This document shows, one piece after another, positions 28,174 to 43,269 of a DNA stretch of 64,000 nucleotides. This DNA comes from Octopus vulgaris. Taxonomy: Eukaryota. A program made the translations under genes and the position numbers. Under the pieces are notes generated by a model that worked only from the letters and a program-made list of their open reading frames with translations, ran no database searches and had not been told where the DNA came from. The DNA is taken from the NCBI GenBank assembly GCA_951406725.2, contig OX597814.1:77128001-77192000 (forward strand), in the 5' to 3' direction. The stretch's first letter is position 1. Every line of letters starts with the position of its first letter.

Positions 28174-29262
28174 CTGAAACGAATAGAAAATGCAGAAAAT
28201 ATTATACTGTTCTCGAAATGCGTTTGCATAAGACCTGAAATCTCAATATATTTATTTGATGTTAATTTATTTATATGCCATTAATACCGTTGCTAAAAAG
28301 GTACATCTAATCTTTTTCTGTTCTTAATGGTGTGCACTTATAATTTAAATTTAACTTATTTTAACTTTTCTTTTTGCAAGAACGTCAGTTAGAAGCGTGT
28401 ATTAAGTGACAGACTAACCGAAAGTCTGTCGTGTTACAACTTAGAGGTAGGGCAGTGCTTTTGGCCTCTACTGAGGATGTCCAACACTGGTGTCTTGAAG
28501 ATATATTCAGAATGGTGACATGTTAGCACTAGTGTCGGTTCTACGAAAAGTTTCTGGTGGTCAGATGAGCGAAATTAAATTTGGCATCGCAAATGAATTG
28601 AGTTTACTGGGGACGATAAGAAAAATACTTCGATCCTCTACTCTATAGTGAGTTTGACGTGTGTGTACAACTATCTTACGTTTCTGAATCTCATTCTGCA
28701 ATTGAAATTAGCAAATGAGAAAAAGGTGTTCTCCAGCGTGCATTTAATAGGTTCGCTGACGAGTGTTACAAGACAGGGATGAGAATTTGTGCTGTGAAGA
28801 TTGAGGCTTTAGTCATCTCAAAACAGCCTTTCCAGCACATTCTCTTTGTTTATAGAATATCCTTGAGATAGGTGGAGAAGTTTAGGTGAAGTTCCACGAT
28901 TTATGGAACGCAGGAGGCTGAACTGGACGTTAGAATTACTGGTACTGTCACAGAATGCACTAGCACCAGCAATCGATCCTCAGAAGAGAGGAAATGTTAG
29001 CAAAAATACCAAATTGAATTTCTTTAATTCGTGTTACACGCCTTTCCTCATATATGTTGGTTAATGACCACAAGAATACAATCGCAAATACAAGTGATCA
29101 CAAAAGAGTTTCCTTTGAAAGGTTCCGAAGTAACATTAAACGAAAGGTTGACTAGCAAGGACTTCATGGTCGAGCCTCTATTTCTCCGCCTTCAGAGGTC
29201 ACAGCTCTAGTACGACAGATCTGTTTAGAATGTTGCAAGAAATAATCGCAAGAGGTGTGTTC

Positions 29263-31150
29263 TGCGCTTGTTGTGACAGTTCTCAAGGATCATACGATTG
29301 ATTAGCCGTTGATCTTTGCATCCGTAAGAGCCTCGGCGGCACCCTTTTTGTTCGATGGGGAAAATATCGTTCTTCTCCATGAATGCATATGTTTTCTCCG
29401 CCAGGATAGATGTTAGGATTTTATACGTGGTGGATAGACAGGTTATAGGCCGATAGTTTTTTGGAAGGTTGGTTTCGTTATTCTTTGGGAGTAGGTAAGT
29501 AATGCCACTTACTAACCATTCTGGTGTTTTCTTTGGGTCTCTCATAATTCCATTGAGCAGCTGAACTAGCTTACCGTGTGCGCATGGGAGCGATGCGAGC
29601 CAGAAATTCGGCACCCTATCTTTACCGGGGGATTTCCAATTATGGGCCTTCGTGAGTGCCTTTCTTAGGTCTGCTATTGTGATGTCTTCCCATGCTTGTT
29701 GTTGTAAATTTTGGTAGGATCCTTCAATTTGTATAATCCAGTCTGCATTTATGTTGTACGTCTTCTTGTCACTCCAAATCCTTTTCCAAAAGTTTTGAAC
29801 TTCTTCCATGGGAGGGGGTCTTTAACGGTTACTTTCTCCTTCCCTATTTCTCTGTAGAATTTTTGGGCATTGGATGTGAACAGCTTATTTTGCTTGTAAA
29901 ACTTGTTTCTCTTCTCAAATCTTCATATTCTTTGGGCTTTTGCTTGGATTTTTGTTTCAGCGTTTCTTTTATTGATATCAGTTCTTCTCTTGGTGAGGAT
30001 CCAAATTTTCTCTTCATCTTTCTTCCTGTTCTGGATCTTACATCATTTCCACATATTAGTTCATTTAATATTGATATTTCCCCCTCTCATAAATTCAATC
30101 TCTTTTTCAATTTTACTTCTCCAGGTTTGATTTCTTCCCAGGTTTTGTTTTCTTTGTTTTTTCGGGGGCATACAGCTGGTTTCAATTGCCCTAGCAGAAG
30201 CGTAAATAATTTCATTTAACTCAGTAAAATCAGGTTTTAATTCTCGTATTATTTCATTTGTTACATAGTTGCCAATTTGGATTTGTTTTTTATTTTGGTT
30301 TGTATTTGAGAGTTTATGAAGTGGTTCTCTATCATTCATACTTGTATGTCTTACAACTTCAAGCGTATTCAGGATTTTCTGCCTCATTTCTGCCATAGAC
30401 TCTCTGCGTTCTTCAGCAAATGCGAGATCTTCAGTTACTGTTGTTTTTTCGTTTTCCTGGCTATCTTTAACAGGTACAATAGAATTTCTTGTATCTTCAG
30501 GCCTTTGCGTACTTTGGTCAGGTGGCAGTCTTTCAATTAAGCCTCGTGGCGGGCTATACTGTTCATCTGATTCTTCATTTCCTTTGTGTCTTATATTTAT
30601 GTCATTTTCCGTTGCGTGCTTGATCGCGCTTATTTCACTGTCTGTGAGCCTGTTATTTCTAAGGATATCCCTCCTCACATTTGCTAATTTGTTCTCGTCC
30701 AAATAGGGCCTACTGTCTTGATTCCGTGTTCTCCATATACTGTAAGAGTTTGCGGTGTGTCTCTCTTGAGATGGCCTACCTAATGCATAGTAATAAGCGT
30801 ATATTACTTCTTTATACTCTTCTCGGGTCCATTTGTTCCGCTTACATTTTTCCTTCTGTGGTGGTTGTGGTGGAGAACTTGGAGGGCTCGAGTTGGGGGA
30901 TTTCCCGTTCAAGTGACCATCCATGTCCGTATTCGGAGAAGAGTTTGTGCCAGTTGATGACTTTTCGATCCCAGGCTGACTCTTCCCTGGGGGACGCGCT
31001 TCCAGATTAACCATAGGACAAGCGATTTGGTATACTGATTTAGTTTTCCTTTTAGTTTCCAAAAACATTTTGGTGCTACGATAATGTTATCATTTTTTAG
31101 CTTTGGTTGGCTCGTGAGGAGACGGCCATCATTGCCGTTACAATTATAAT
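29263..31150 (-). mobile_element. 5' half of an R4/Dong LINE, cut off inside RT
   Basis: Myb-like KRNKWTREEYKEVIYAYY, then NWKSPGKDRVPNFW, NYRPITCLST.YK and EQKGCRRGSYGCKDQ; ends abruptly at the inverted-duplication junction. Confidence 0.88.
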
Positions 31151-31966
31151 CGTACCATTATAGCAGCCGTAGTCGGCTTATTATTGTTATCATCACCATT
31201 ACTATCACTATCATCATTATCACCACCATTACCATCATCGTTATCATCATCACCATCACCATCACCACCATCATCATCAATGATATTGTTTTATGTGTAG
31301 TCACAGCAGTATCTTATTATTGTTATTTTTGTTTTTTTATCATTATCACCATCACAGTAGTGTCTGTCTGTCTCGTTGGCTGGCTTGGTGGTTGGCTAGC
31401 TGACTGTCTTCAACGCCAGAGTTCTTGCCTGTCAAGTAATACTTTCATATTTGGTTAACAATAGAGCGGAGATGAGGTTTGTGTTGGTTGAACTCTTTGA
31501 GTGTGTGTGTAGATAGATAGATAGATTATCAGCACTATTACTATCATTATTATCATCATCACCATCAGTGATATTTTTTTCTTTTTTTTTTTTTTTTTTT
31601 TTTTTTTAGGTGGGGTCCTGTCGGTCAAAAAAAGTTCAGATGTTTACTACTATTAGGCTTAGGAAAAATTAAGGAAGGGATGTTCTGTATTGTTTGTGAA
31701 TAGAGAAGTTGTGTTCGACCAGAGAGAATCTTAGCATCATCATTTTTTTTCCATGTGCGTTTGTGTTATTGCAATAAAAAGTGTTTGTATATTTCGTGTA
31801 AGGTAATATTGTGGAGGTTGAAGTTGACTTTTCTAGAGATGTTTGTACGTCCGGTTAGAAGAACAGGTGTGTTTTTGCAATAAAAAGTATATGTTTACAT
31901 TTATATTTGAATATTCAGGGAGGAAGCAAAGAAAAGTCAGATTTTCATAGAAAGTTTTATTATTAA

Positions 31967-32048
<82 letters not shown>

Positions 32049-32179
32049 ATTATTATTATTATTATTATTATAATTTTTATTATTATTATTATTAAGGCGG
32101 CGAGCTGACACAATAATTAGGACACCCTGCAAAATGCAAAAATAACTCGTATTACACCCAACATATGTGAATGTATTCG

Positions 32180-32553
32180 GTAGAGGGAAACTGAAAAAGT
32201 CCATGAAAGCGCGCATGTGGGTATGTGTACGTATGCTAATATCTATGTGGATGTGCCTTTCTATTTGTCTTTGTATTCCACCGCTTGTAGTTTTGTCGGG
32301 TGCAATCGTACTGCTTATGTGGCCGCTGCCATGAGCGAAGCACAAGTATACGAGTGGTTTTCACGTTTCAGAAATGGTCACTTGTCGCTTGAGGACCAAA
32401 CTCGTTCAGGGCCACCGTCAATCTCCCGATTAAATGTAAACATAAAAATTCATGAAATGATTTTGGAGGACCCTCACTGAACAATTTACGAACTTGATAT
32501 GATTGGCGTGTCCTGAAGCTCCTGCCAAAGAATTTTGTGCGTGGAATTGTGAA
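32180..32553 (+). mobile_element. Mariner transposase relic
   Basis: AMSEAQVYEWFSRFRNGHLSLEDQTRSGPP (mariner HTH1 and GRP-like motif); TIR-like tagagggaaactgaaaaagt upstream. Confidence 0.85.
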
Positions 32554-32599
32554 TCAATAGAGTAAATAAGAATAAAGAATATACAAGATGTGCGTGTCT

Positions 32600-32693
<94 letters not shown>

Positions 32694-33182
32694 TTGTGTG
32701 TATGCGTATATTTGGCATAAAGTACTTGACTGGCACTTTATTTAATCAACCCTGAAATGAATTAGCCACGTTGACGTCAAATTTGCGTCAATTGGGAGGG
32801 AATATATCAAAATGATTTTGTTGAGAATAGCACCATTGTTTGCAAGCTTTACAAATAAGTTGCTGAATCATTGTATTTACGATGTGCATGTACTGAATCT
32901 GGTACCTCATTTCTATTAACAGCTTGAGGATCTCTTAAATGTATTTTTGACTTTTGGTATGAATAGCGTCGTTGTTTGTAAGCGTTACAAATCCGTTTCT
33001 GAGTCATTGCATTTACAATGAGCATTGAGTAAAGAGGGCAGGACAGCTTTAGCAGGCAGGGCATGAACACCAGTAATATAATACCATAATAGGCCACCAT
33101 AAAATCACTATTGTGAATTCTGGATTGAGTTTTCTCTGTAATGCACACATACAACTAGTTCAGCTATTCTCTATCCAACATC

Positions 33183-35080
33183 GATTTTCTATTAGTCACA
33201 AGGGGCCAACAAAGAGGGGACAATACAATCTGATTTGGGGGTCAGATGAGCGAATGATTATACAGAAAAGATGACATAAAAAATTTTACAAAAATAAGGA
33301 AATATAATAAAATTGAATGGTAAAACAGACCGGAAGACATTACGGATGAAATGGGGGTGGGGGTTTAATTCGGACCCCACGAGCCCCGCCTCGCCACCGA
33401 TACCTGAGTTACATCCTGTGTCGCATTCTTGAGGTTCCATCCACACGCAACATCCATGCTACATTCTTACGTCGATTTTCAAACATTTTCACAGTCAGGC
33501 ATTTTCTCTCTAACCCTATTTTCCTTTTAAGGTGAAAGGTGAAGTAATTCACAAATTCAGTGCCAGAGATGCATTTGCCTGACTTTCAGCCTCGTTCTCC
33601 AAATTACCTCTCTCGCAATTGCTACTACAATGAGAAAACAATTCTTACCTTCTTTCGAAAGGAAATCAAAAGGGTCAATTTTTACTATACACTCAGTCGA
33701 TAGCTGTACTCTTCCTGCACTTGACAACAGTTGTTCAGCATAAACTCACACATCTGACACCTCCGAACATTGAACAATTGCATGCGGAACGGTTTCCCTA
33801 TACCGCTCGCATCTAGGACAGGTCGAAGAGCCAAAGCCACCATGCCTTGTGAGCTTGTCCCGAACATGTAAGGCTCCTCTGTAACACTACCATGCCAGAT
33901 ACTTCTGAAAGTTATCCAGCGTCTCGGTGCGAATGTACGTTGGAACAGACTGGCCAGCTGATTATCGTCATGACCTAAAGTATTGTCACATTCCGCCTCT
34001 ACCAGCCCTCTATAAAAGAATGCGTTGGAATCTCCACCACAGGCATTGACCGAGGGACGGAATAATAGGAGAGCATTGCGATACTCCGTAAACCATGTAC
34101 CCAACTTCGATCTTCGATAGAACGAGGATTCCTGTCCAGTGAAACTAGTGAATTTGGGAAACATCCGTTTCGCCAGCGGAGACCACACCCGTTCACCATT
34201 CAGGTAGAGCCACAAATGCCTCAACCTCAGCGCATATCTAGCCCACCCTTTAACGGTTGTTGACAGCAAGTAGGGCGTTTCACAAGCGGTTTCAAGCCCC
34301 TCCACAAAAAGGGAAAGAGCTGTCTTTCCAGCTTGTTCAACCACGAATCAGGGCAAGGAACGACGATTAGGCAGTAGTTGATGACCGATGTGATGAACAC
34401 ATTGGCTAACTCCGTCCTCCCTTTCAGGGATAGCCACCGCCAAGACCAGGCCTTGGCTATGTGGGTCACCCTGCTCGATACCTCGGTCCAGTTCTTCTCT
34501 ATCTGGAGGTCTGGTCCAAACCAACTCCTAGCAACTTAATCGGACCCTTTGTCCAACGTCCCATGACGCTGTCAGGAGGCATCGATTTGATTCTCCAGGT
34601 GCCGAGCTGCAAGCCGACTGACTTTTCACGATTAACTTTTGCTCCTGCTACCGTCTCGTAAACCTTAATGACATTTCCTACCCTCTGTAGGTGATCCATT
34701 TCGGTTACCATGATGGTGATGTCATCTGCATAAGCTTAAACCGACTTTACACAACCCGGCTGTCTCGGGATTCCGCTCAATTTTTGCAGTAATGGATCAA
34801 GAACCATCACGTACAAAAGCGGGGAGAGCGGACACCCTTGACGAACTGAGCTTTTGATGTTGAACGGCCTTGATAAGAAGCCGTTCACCCGACCTACCGA
34901 GTCGCTGTTGTCAGAAATCTGAATAAACCACATGAGGAAGCCAAGACCCAGGCCGAACTGTGCCAGAGCGGACACCAGATAGCGATGGTTACCCTATCAA
35001 ATGAAGTAGATCGGTCTAAATGGACCAGTGCCCCACTCTTGCCACAATCACTATTAAATCCCGCTAAAGTGTACCGTATA
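33183..35080 (-). mobile_element. Degenerate Tx1-like LINE with 3' end
   Basis: Same RT motifs as 1-1400, extending to a 3'UTR ending gccccttgtgactaatagaaa. Confidence 0.85.
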
Positions 35081-35682
35081 AGATGGAGACTATTTGTCTA
35101 GCCAACGTGTGAGCTAGAGCATTGTTGAAGGGTTCACATAATGTGTGACGAAAGAACTTTGACAACGCAACTAAAATCGATAGTGAAGATTTCCCCGCCA
35201 ACTCCCTTTAACCGGGCGGGGCAGACAATTCTTTATTTACCTGGTGGTTGTAGAGAAAGAAGTAGTGTGGTGGACACGTTTGAAAGGCCTAAAGACATGC
35301 ACTTTCGTCTTTGGCTAAAGCGTCATCAACTTCAAGTCTCACTTGAGAAGGAAAGTGAGGGTGGAGAGGGAAATGTCTTCTATCAAATTTGTTGAAAGGT
35401 AGGTGGATGTTAGGAAAATGGCCAGTGTAAATGGACCAATTCTGAGAATACACCTGTAAAAAGAATAAAAGGAGAAGGGCTCTTGCTCAGTTGATCAGGC
35501 ACCCGTGGCTTTTGTTGCTTTTTCCGCGAGTAACCATTAAAGAGCCTACCACTATTGGGAGTTTTACTTGTTACTTCTGGATTGTTATTTAATGTTTACA
35601 TGAATGTGAAAACCCTTTGTAACGTCTTCTGTTGTCTTTTATGTATAATTTATATTAGCCCTTGTAGCCCATAAAAGAATTA

Positions 35683-35765
<83 letters not shown>

Positions 35766-35767
<2 letters not shown>

Positions 35768-37643
35768 TATGTTTGACTTTTGCTTTATGTCTGTACAAGT
35801 TGGCTCCAAGTCTCACCCAGAGACCTCAAGAGACAACAGGTTGGAAGTTCTGTGCCATATATTTATAGTTTTTTTTTTTGTTTGGTTTTTTGGTGTTGTA
35901 CTAGTGAATGTCTAATACATGAAAATAAAAATAAAAATTTAAAAAATAATATAAAATAAATTAAAATAAATAAATAAATAAATACAAAAAAGTTTGTTTT
36001 AAACCTTGGGATTACATAGAGAGTATTTTGCGTAGGATATGAGCAGTTCCCATGAGCACTATCTTTTGGATTTCTGCCATTTTGGGGTTTCCTGGTATGT
36101 GAGTTAGGTAGCAATTAGTCCCTTTCGCTATCATTCCCAGGGCACCTATGACAACAGGTATTGTTTTAGTCTTCAGCTTCCACATTTTGCTGATTTCTAT
36201 TTCAAGATCTTTATATTTGCTCAGTTTTTGGTAGGTCTTGACAGATACGTTTATATCGATTGGGACAGTCATATCAATGAAGAGGCATGTTCTTTGTCTG
36301 AAGTCTTTCAATGTGATGTCTGGCCTATTTGCATCTATCTTCCTGTCAGTTTGAATGGTGATGTTCCAGAGGAGCGAGATGTGGTCATTTTCAAGCACTG
36401 GAGGTGGATTGTGCTCCCACCAGTTTTTTTCATGGGGCAAATCCAGGTTTTAGCAAATTACCCAGTGAATATATTGTGCAGCTCTATTATGCCTGTTGAG
36501 GTACTCTGTAGGCGCTAGAAGACTGCATTTGGAGACAACATGATCAATTGTTTCATTTTGTTGTCGGCATACACGACATTTTGGGCTACTGCCGTTCTTT
36601 AATTTGTTGGCCTGGTAGTTTCTTGTTGGTAGGCATTGATCTTGAGCTGCTATGATAAACCCCTCTGTTTCAGATTTTAAGCCAGAGGCCATTAGCCATT
36701 GATGGCTCAGGGCTTTGTCTATATCTGCATTATTCGCTCTCTTTGGGTATTTGCCATAGAGAGGTTTTTCTTGCCATTTATTATTCAGAATATCTAAGGC
36801 CGCAGTTTTGGCACGGGTTTTCATGCGCTTAGCTTTTTCTGTGCTTGTTTCTTGTATGTCTATCTCTAATTCCGAAATTGGTTGTATTCAGAATTCACTT
36901 ACATATTCCTTTGCCTGTTTTGTGACTGAGTATGATGCTTTCTTGTTTTCATGTTTTGAGACAAGTTTTAACATCCAGTCCTCAGAGTTTTTCAGGTAGG
37001 TGTCTAGGCCAATTGTAGCAATCTTCATTGTTATTGCCAGTTGTAAAAGACCACGGCCTCCCTCTTTTCTTGGCAGATAGAGTCGTTCTGTATCTGCCGT
37101 AGGGTGGTGCATTCTATGCATTGTCAACAGTTTCCTTATTTTTCTGTCGAGCTGACATATTTCAGTAATTGACCAGTTAACAATATTGAAACTGTAAGTC
37201 ACGACTGGTATGGCTAATGCATTGATCAATTCGATCCTGTTTCTTGCATTCAGCTCTGTCTTGAGTATTGCTCTCACTCTTCGATAGCATTCTCTCCTGA
37301 TCCTTTCCTTCATCTCTGAATGCCTTATTCCGTTCCCTTCAATTACCCCTCAGGTACTTGTAGATCTCCGCTGGGTCTAGTTCTTTTATGACATTCTGCT
37401 GGTCAAGGTTAACGTTAGACGTTTCTGTCATTTTTCCTTTGATAAAGGTAGCTTTTGCACATTTATCGAGGCCTAATTGCATTCTGATGTCGTCACTGAA
37501 TTGTTTGACTATCGCTAGTAAGCCCTTGAGTTGTTGGTCATTTTTTGCAAAAAGCTTTAAATCATCCATGTAAATAAGATGATTTATATTTTTATCAAAC
37601 ATTTTATACCCATACTGCGCATCATTGAGCAGCTTTGGGAGAG

Positions 37644-37646
<3 letters not shown>
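35766..37646 (-). mobile_element. R4/Dong LINE in (TAA)n (duplicate of 2065-3938)
   Basis: Same truncation point; extra frameshift near 37351 and stop at 36888. Confidence 0.92.
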
Positions 37647-37687
<41 letters not shown>

Positions 37688-37913
37688 GAATGAGAGATCA
37701 GTGCATGCCATCAAAGTGACACTGGGTTAAAATATACGAAGCCCAGTATGCCCATCATGACTACCCGTCTGATAAGGGTACACTAGGCACATGCATCACA
37801 GCCATATGTGCGCGACATGGTGATCTCATATCAAGATAAACAGCGCATGACCTTGTAAGTGGGGCCCAGTTAGAATCTTCTTCTGGTCGAGTAATTATCT
37901 ATTATTATTATTA

Positions 37914-37996
<83 letters not shown>

Positions 37997-38041
37997 CCAC
38001 TATTATTATTATTGTTGTTGTTATTATTATTATTATTATTA

Positions 38042-38090
<49 letters not shown>

Positions 38091-38724
38091 CATTATTATT
38101 ATTATTATTGAGTGAGAGAGCAGTGCATGCCATCAAAGTGACACTGGGGTAAAATATAGGAAGCCCAGCATAACCATTATGACTACCCGTCTGATAAGGG
38201 TACACCAGGCACATTCATCACAACCATATGTGCGTGACATGGTGATCTCATATCAAGATAAACAGTACATGACCTTGCAGGTGGGGCCCAGTTAGAATTT
38301 TCTTCTGGTCGAGTAGCCCATCCCGCTCAAAAGGTACCTAAATAAGGATTGTTTAAGGATGTTGAACAAACCACCCATGTTTCCAAAGGTGAATTATCCA
38401 AACCTCTAAGAATTCCTTTCAACACATGGCTATGATGCTCCTCCGCTACTTCTGCTCGTGATCAGAGATGCACATATCGTTAGCCATTAAGGAACATGCT
38501 CAACTGGTTAAGGTCAAACAACTGACAAGCAAATCTGTGGTATTGAGCAGAATATTTACTGTAGCCCATCTTTTATACCAAGACAAAACGATGCACATTA
38601 TAACACTCCCAATCAGTTAAGATCAGAAGCCATGAGAGCCACTGTCTGCTACTGCATCAGGGCATTTACTATTATTATTGTTATTGTTGCTGCTGTTGTT
38701 GTTGTTCTTATTACTCCTTCGTAA

Positions 38725-40920
38725 AACAGTACAGGTAAAAATGTACCGGAGTCTTTAGTCATCTGTCAACTCACAACAAGGACCTCAGATAGATAATACT
38801 TAAGATATGCGCTGTGCCCAATAAGGCTGCTTTTTTCAGGACATCAATCTTGCATGGGATTTCCAGTTGCCTTAAGAAGTCTTGAAGTTACAATGAGATT
38901 TAGCCCAAAGCTCCGATCACCACTGGTATCACTTTTACATTACCTTCTCGCATTCCATACTATCTTGCCATTTCTACTTTCAATTTGGAGTACTTGGTGA
39001 TTTTTCAACCTCTTTACTCACAACATTCATGTCATTTGGTTTGGCTACATCAATGATCTGATAGTATTTGTCTCTCTTATTCAATATGACAATATCCTGC
39101 CGACGGTGTATGATTACACGATCCGTTTTAAGATCATAGTCCCAGAGTATCTTTAGTTTTCCATCCTGCTGCATAACTTTACTTAGTACATGCTCATACC
39201 AGTTCTCTGTTACTTCATATTGGTATTTACGGCATAAGAGCCTATGAAGATACACACACACTTTATCGTGGCTGCGCTTGTATTCTTTTTGTGCAAGGCT
39301 CTCACATCCACTTACCAAGTGGGTCACATTTTCCACACACTTTCCACAGAGTCTGCATTTCTGGGTGTCATTCCTTTCAACCTGTCCATGCATTCTCATT
39401 TCAAAAAGGTCTTCCTTTCTCTTCCCCTCAGCTCTTTGGTTAAACTCTTCCTTACCCATAATTTCATCTGCATTTACACCCATATCTTTCGTGGCATATT
39501 GCAGCAGGTCTTCATCACTATTTATCAAATACTCGGCAAGCGTTCTACTTTCACTCCTTATACAGGGTCTATACTAATTAGTCCTCTACCACCATTCTTT
39601 CTTTTCATATACAGTCTGTTTACGTTTGCTTTAGGGTGTAGCGCCCCATGTAGCGTCATCAACTTTCTTGTCGTTCTATGCAGCGTTGATATTTCCTCCT
39701 TAGACCCTTTGAGGATGGACTTACTATATCTGACCACCGCAACTGCCCATATATTCATTGCGTTAAATCAAATTTTTGGCATTCTGGTTCGATTTCAACA
39801 CCATCTTCACCCTTTTTTGATACGCCTCGCTGACCTTGACTTTCATTTCTCTGTGTAGAATGTCATCCAGTTTCAAAATCCCTAAATATTTATACCCACT
39901 ACCATCAGGTTCAATCATGGTCTCTCCTAATGGTAACCGCAATCCTCTGCAGGATGCTTTCTTCCCTCTTTTCATATTAAGTACTGAGCATCTGGTAATC
40001 CCAAATTCCATACCAATACCCCTACCATACTTCTAGACTGTTTTGGTTAAGGAATCTATCTCTTTTACAGCTTTCCCAAACAATTTCAGGTCATACATAA
40101 ACAGAAGATGGTTCAACGTTGGGCCTTTTTTCCCACATCAGTAACCCATCTTAACTTTCCGAAGTGTTATTGTTATGAGTATTAGTGCAATTACAAATGG
40201 TAACGGAGAAAACGGGTCGCCTTGGAAGATTCTCCTTTTAATATTAACTTCTCCAAGGAATACACTACCTGAGTGCAATTTGGTTTGCCACTCCTTCATG
40301 CTTTGCATCAGAAAATTTGTGATGTTGTCAGCAACACCAAACATCTGCAGGAATTCAACGATCCAAGAATGAGGCATCATATCGTATGCCTTCTTAAAAT
40401 CAATCCAAGCTATAGACATGTTTTTATGATGTTTTTCACAATGCCTCAAAACTGTTTTATCCATAACCAGGTTATCCTTGATACCCTGAGAACTCTTCCT
40501 ACATCCTTTGTTCCCTTGGTAGTATTTCTTCTTGTGCCAGGAAAGTGTATGTCTTTGACGCACATATTCCAGTGAGTATCTTCCAGATTATGTTTAGGCA
40601 TGCTATGGGACGGTAGTTTCCCATAATATTCCCCTTCTATCTTTCATTATAAATGTTGTTCTCCCACTCACCATCCACGCGGAAACTGTGCCTTTCTGGA
40701 CACACTCATTCAGTTGGGCTGCTCGTCTTTCATGCACCGCGTGGCATCTCTTCAGTCAGAAGCCATGAATCCCAGCTGGTCCGGGGGCTTTCCAGTTAGG
40801 CACTTTACCAATTTGTTCTTTCACATCACCCGTGCATATGACAATATTCCTTTGTTTCTTTCCTCCTTGTAATTCTGTCTTGATAGTTTCTACCCACATT
40901 GCATCCCTTTTATGAGCCAT
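38725..40920 (-). mobile_element. Older R4/Dong-like LINE (duplicate of 4985-7180)
   Basis: Near-identical ORF fragments at 38980-40563. Confidence 0.9.
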
Positions 40921-41104
40921 ATTATTTCCTTAAACTATAAAGCACATAATAACTTTTAAACGTATTACAAGGAGGTAAAAAAACAATACTTTGAAAACAA
41001 TCTCTTTTTTTTATTGAATGGCAGTATTTTGTTTGAATTTATTGATACACCTTGCTTGTGTTTAATATATCGACATAATGTTTCCAAATATGCTGACTTA
41101 CACA

Positions 41105-41252
41105 GGGGGAATCCATGCGTTACGCTAGTAATACGTAATTGACGTTCACGTGTCACAATGGATTATAGTTTGGCCAATGACATAAGTCTAAAAACAGAGA
41201 AGGGTTACTGCTTTTCAAATGCGTCATATATCCGGCATGAAGGCTTTAAATA
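41105..41252 (+). promoter_or_regulatory. Putative promoter of chitin-binding gene copy B
   Basis: kB-like GGGGGAATCC at 41105, CCAAT at 41174 and TTTAAATA at 41245. CCAAT and the TATA-like box are retained in the diverged paralogue at 62406 and 62484. Confidence 0.45.
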
Positions 41253-41313
41253 GAGGTGTTTTGCACTGAATCTTTACTTGTAAAGACAAGCTTTCTTGAA
41301 ACTGGCATCGACA

Positions 41314-41392
41314 ATGAAGTGGTACTTCGTAGCTTGTATATTTTTGCTTGTAAGCAAAAGTGTTCAATCCAAGTCATCCCAGCAAATACTTG
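41314..41392 (+). CDS. Exon 1 (signal peptide) of secreted chitin-binding protein
   Basis: MKWYFVACIFLLVSKSVQSKSSQQIL plus G|GTAAGT; phase 1 matches the acceptor at 44570 and gives an in-frame ..QIL-D-EVKE. Confidence 0.85.
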
Positions 41393-41896
41393 GTAAGTAA
41401 TATTTCGTTTTTCATTTATTTTTCTTTCTTATTACATTTAGCTATCAATATCACTATTGATTCATTTGCAGGATCAGAGGAATCTCTTCTTATTTCCAAA
41501 CTGCCACTCTACAACTACACTCATTATCCCATGTGCTTTAGCCATTCATTACAATATATTGTGATTTGAAAGTGTTCTAACAAGTCTAGCGACCACAGAG
41601 AGGTGTTTGGTCTGATTCGGTAGTACATAATCTAGTTCCACTTTCTATGTTGCATGTCCTAGCCATAGAGGTTGAATAACACAACATACACTCCACACTA
41701 ACATAAATAGACGAAATTATTATCTATGCATTGACCGTTAAACATTTCTTACGGCTAGAAGAGTTGGTTACCACCATAGAATCAGCAAGCTGATGTCATT
41801 AATACTGATTTTTTTTAAAATAATTATGGAGATCATTACAGATCTGTTGAGAAAAGCATATAAATGAATGAAACGAACCCAGCACGAAGCACTAGC

Positions 41897-42664
41897 GACA
41901 ATATCAGAGACCTGGGTGTAATTGTTGATGACGATCTCAGTTGGAGTGCACACATCAACAAGAAGGTCGATATAGCTCGTAGGATGAGTTCCTGGATCTT
42001 AAGAACTTTCCGGTCCAGAGAACAAGGTGTCATCATACCACCTTTTTCCTCCTTTGTACGGCCACACCTTGAATACTGCTGCCCACTGTGGTTTCCTCAC
42101 ACAAGACAAAACATCTCCAGAATTGAGTCACCCCAGAGGGCACTCACTAAACAAATTGAAGGCATGGCTGCTCTCGATTATTGGGATCGCCTTAAAGCCT
42201 TGAAACTTTACTCCCTCCAGCGTCACCGTGAGCGGTACATCATTTGTACGATGTGGAAAATATACCGCTAACTTTGCCCAAACGACCTAAACATTAGCTT
42301 CAAGGTTCATCCAAGACTTGAACCACGGGCTATACGTCCCCTGCCCAATTCAAGATCACAACATACATGTACACTGCAACATAATTTCTTTTCCTCAACA
42401 GGCCCTGCCCTATTTAACATTGTCCCGAGGGAGATCAAAGAGGAAAAGGATCCCATCAACCTTAAACAGAGTCTGGATAGATTCCTTCAAAGAATACCAG
42501 ATAAGCCACCCATAATTGGATACAACTCACCCAACAAGAACTCACTACTTGAACAAAACTTGACTTAAACAGGATTCGAATAATCCTATCAGGTGGTGCT
42601 ATTAAGTTAGACATGGCCTGGACCAATCTTTGGTCGAAACATATCTAAGTTTATCTAAGTTTAT
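41897..42664 (+). mobile_element. CR1/L2-group LINE 3' fragment in intron 1
   Basis: IRDLGVIVDDDLSWSAHI..VRPHLEYCCPLW.P..RL..LKLYSL.R.RER; tail of repeated atctaagttt. Confidence 0.88.
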
Positions 42665-42934
42665 ATATTTGGCATATATATATATATATATATATATCAT
42701 TGGGATATCCCAGAAACAGCTGTAAGACTTTGAATTTGTCCAATAATGAAAATAATGGCAGATGATTGCCTTACCTTAACGTTTCTTGTCCTCTTTAACA
42801 ATTGTATATCCGCTATATTGGAAATCTACAATGACCCCGAAACTACCGTCTCGGCTATAACCTTGGAGCCCTAGTAATTTGTTGAAGCGTACTTAATCGT
42901 CTAGATCAGCTCGTTTAGAGAAACTCCCATATTT

Positions 42935-43048
<114 letters not shown>

Positions 43049-43269
43049 TGTGTGTATACTACGGGCCCAAATTTCGTTGCAACTATCAATCTCGAAATGT
43101 TTAAATTAATCACCAACGACATTAGCCACTCTGAGAAGGTCTGCGAATGTTAAGGGTGCAGTCACTTCTCTTTAGAATACACAAAATACTTAAAACGCGT
43201 GCATTTAAAATGTGAAAACTGGAATCATTGTTGTTTATAGGACAGTATCCTGTTTTGTTTCATTGTTTT

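Larger units (their letters stand above)
25875..29262 (-). repeat. Inverted duplication of 43487-48137
   Basis: Colinear reverse-complement match covering the distal intron, exon 2, 3' flank and GAA tract. The ORF track shows identical peptides at 26762 (-) and 46641 (+). Confidence 0.95.
33707..41898 (+). repeat. Segmental duplication, copy B
   Basis: Direct repeat of 1-8155, including Tx1, Dong, the non-coding elements at 37687-37893 and 38109-38667, the older R4 LINE and exon 1. Confidence 0.95.

Noticed and set aside
41864-42271. 135-aa ORF as a host gene
   Set aside because: Chance fusion of an intronic ATG with a CR1/L2 RT fragment.
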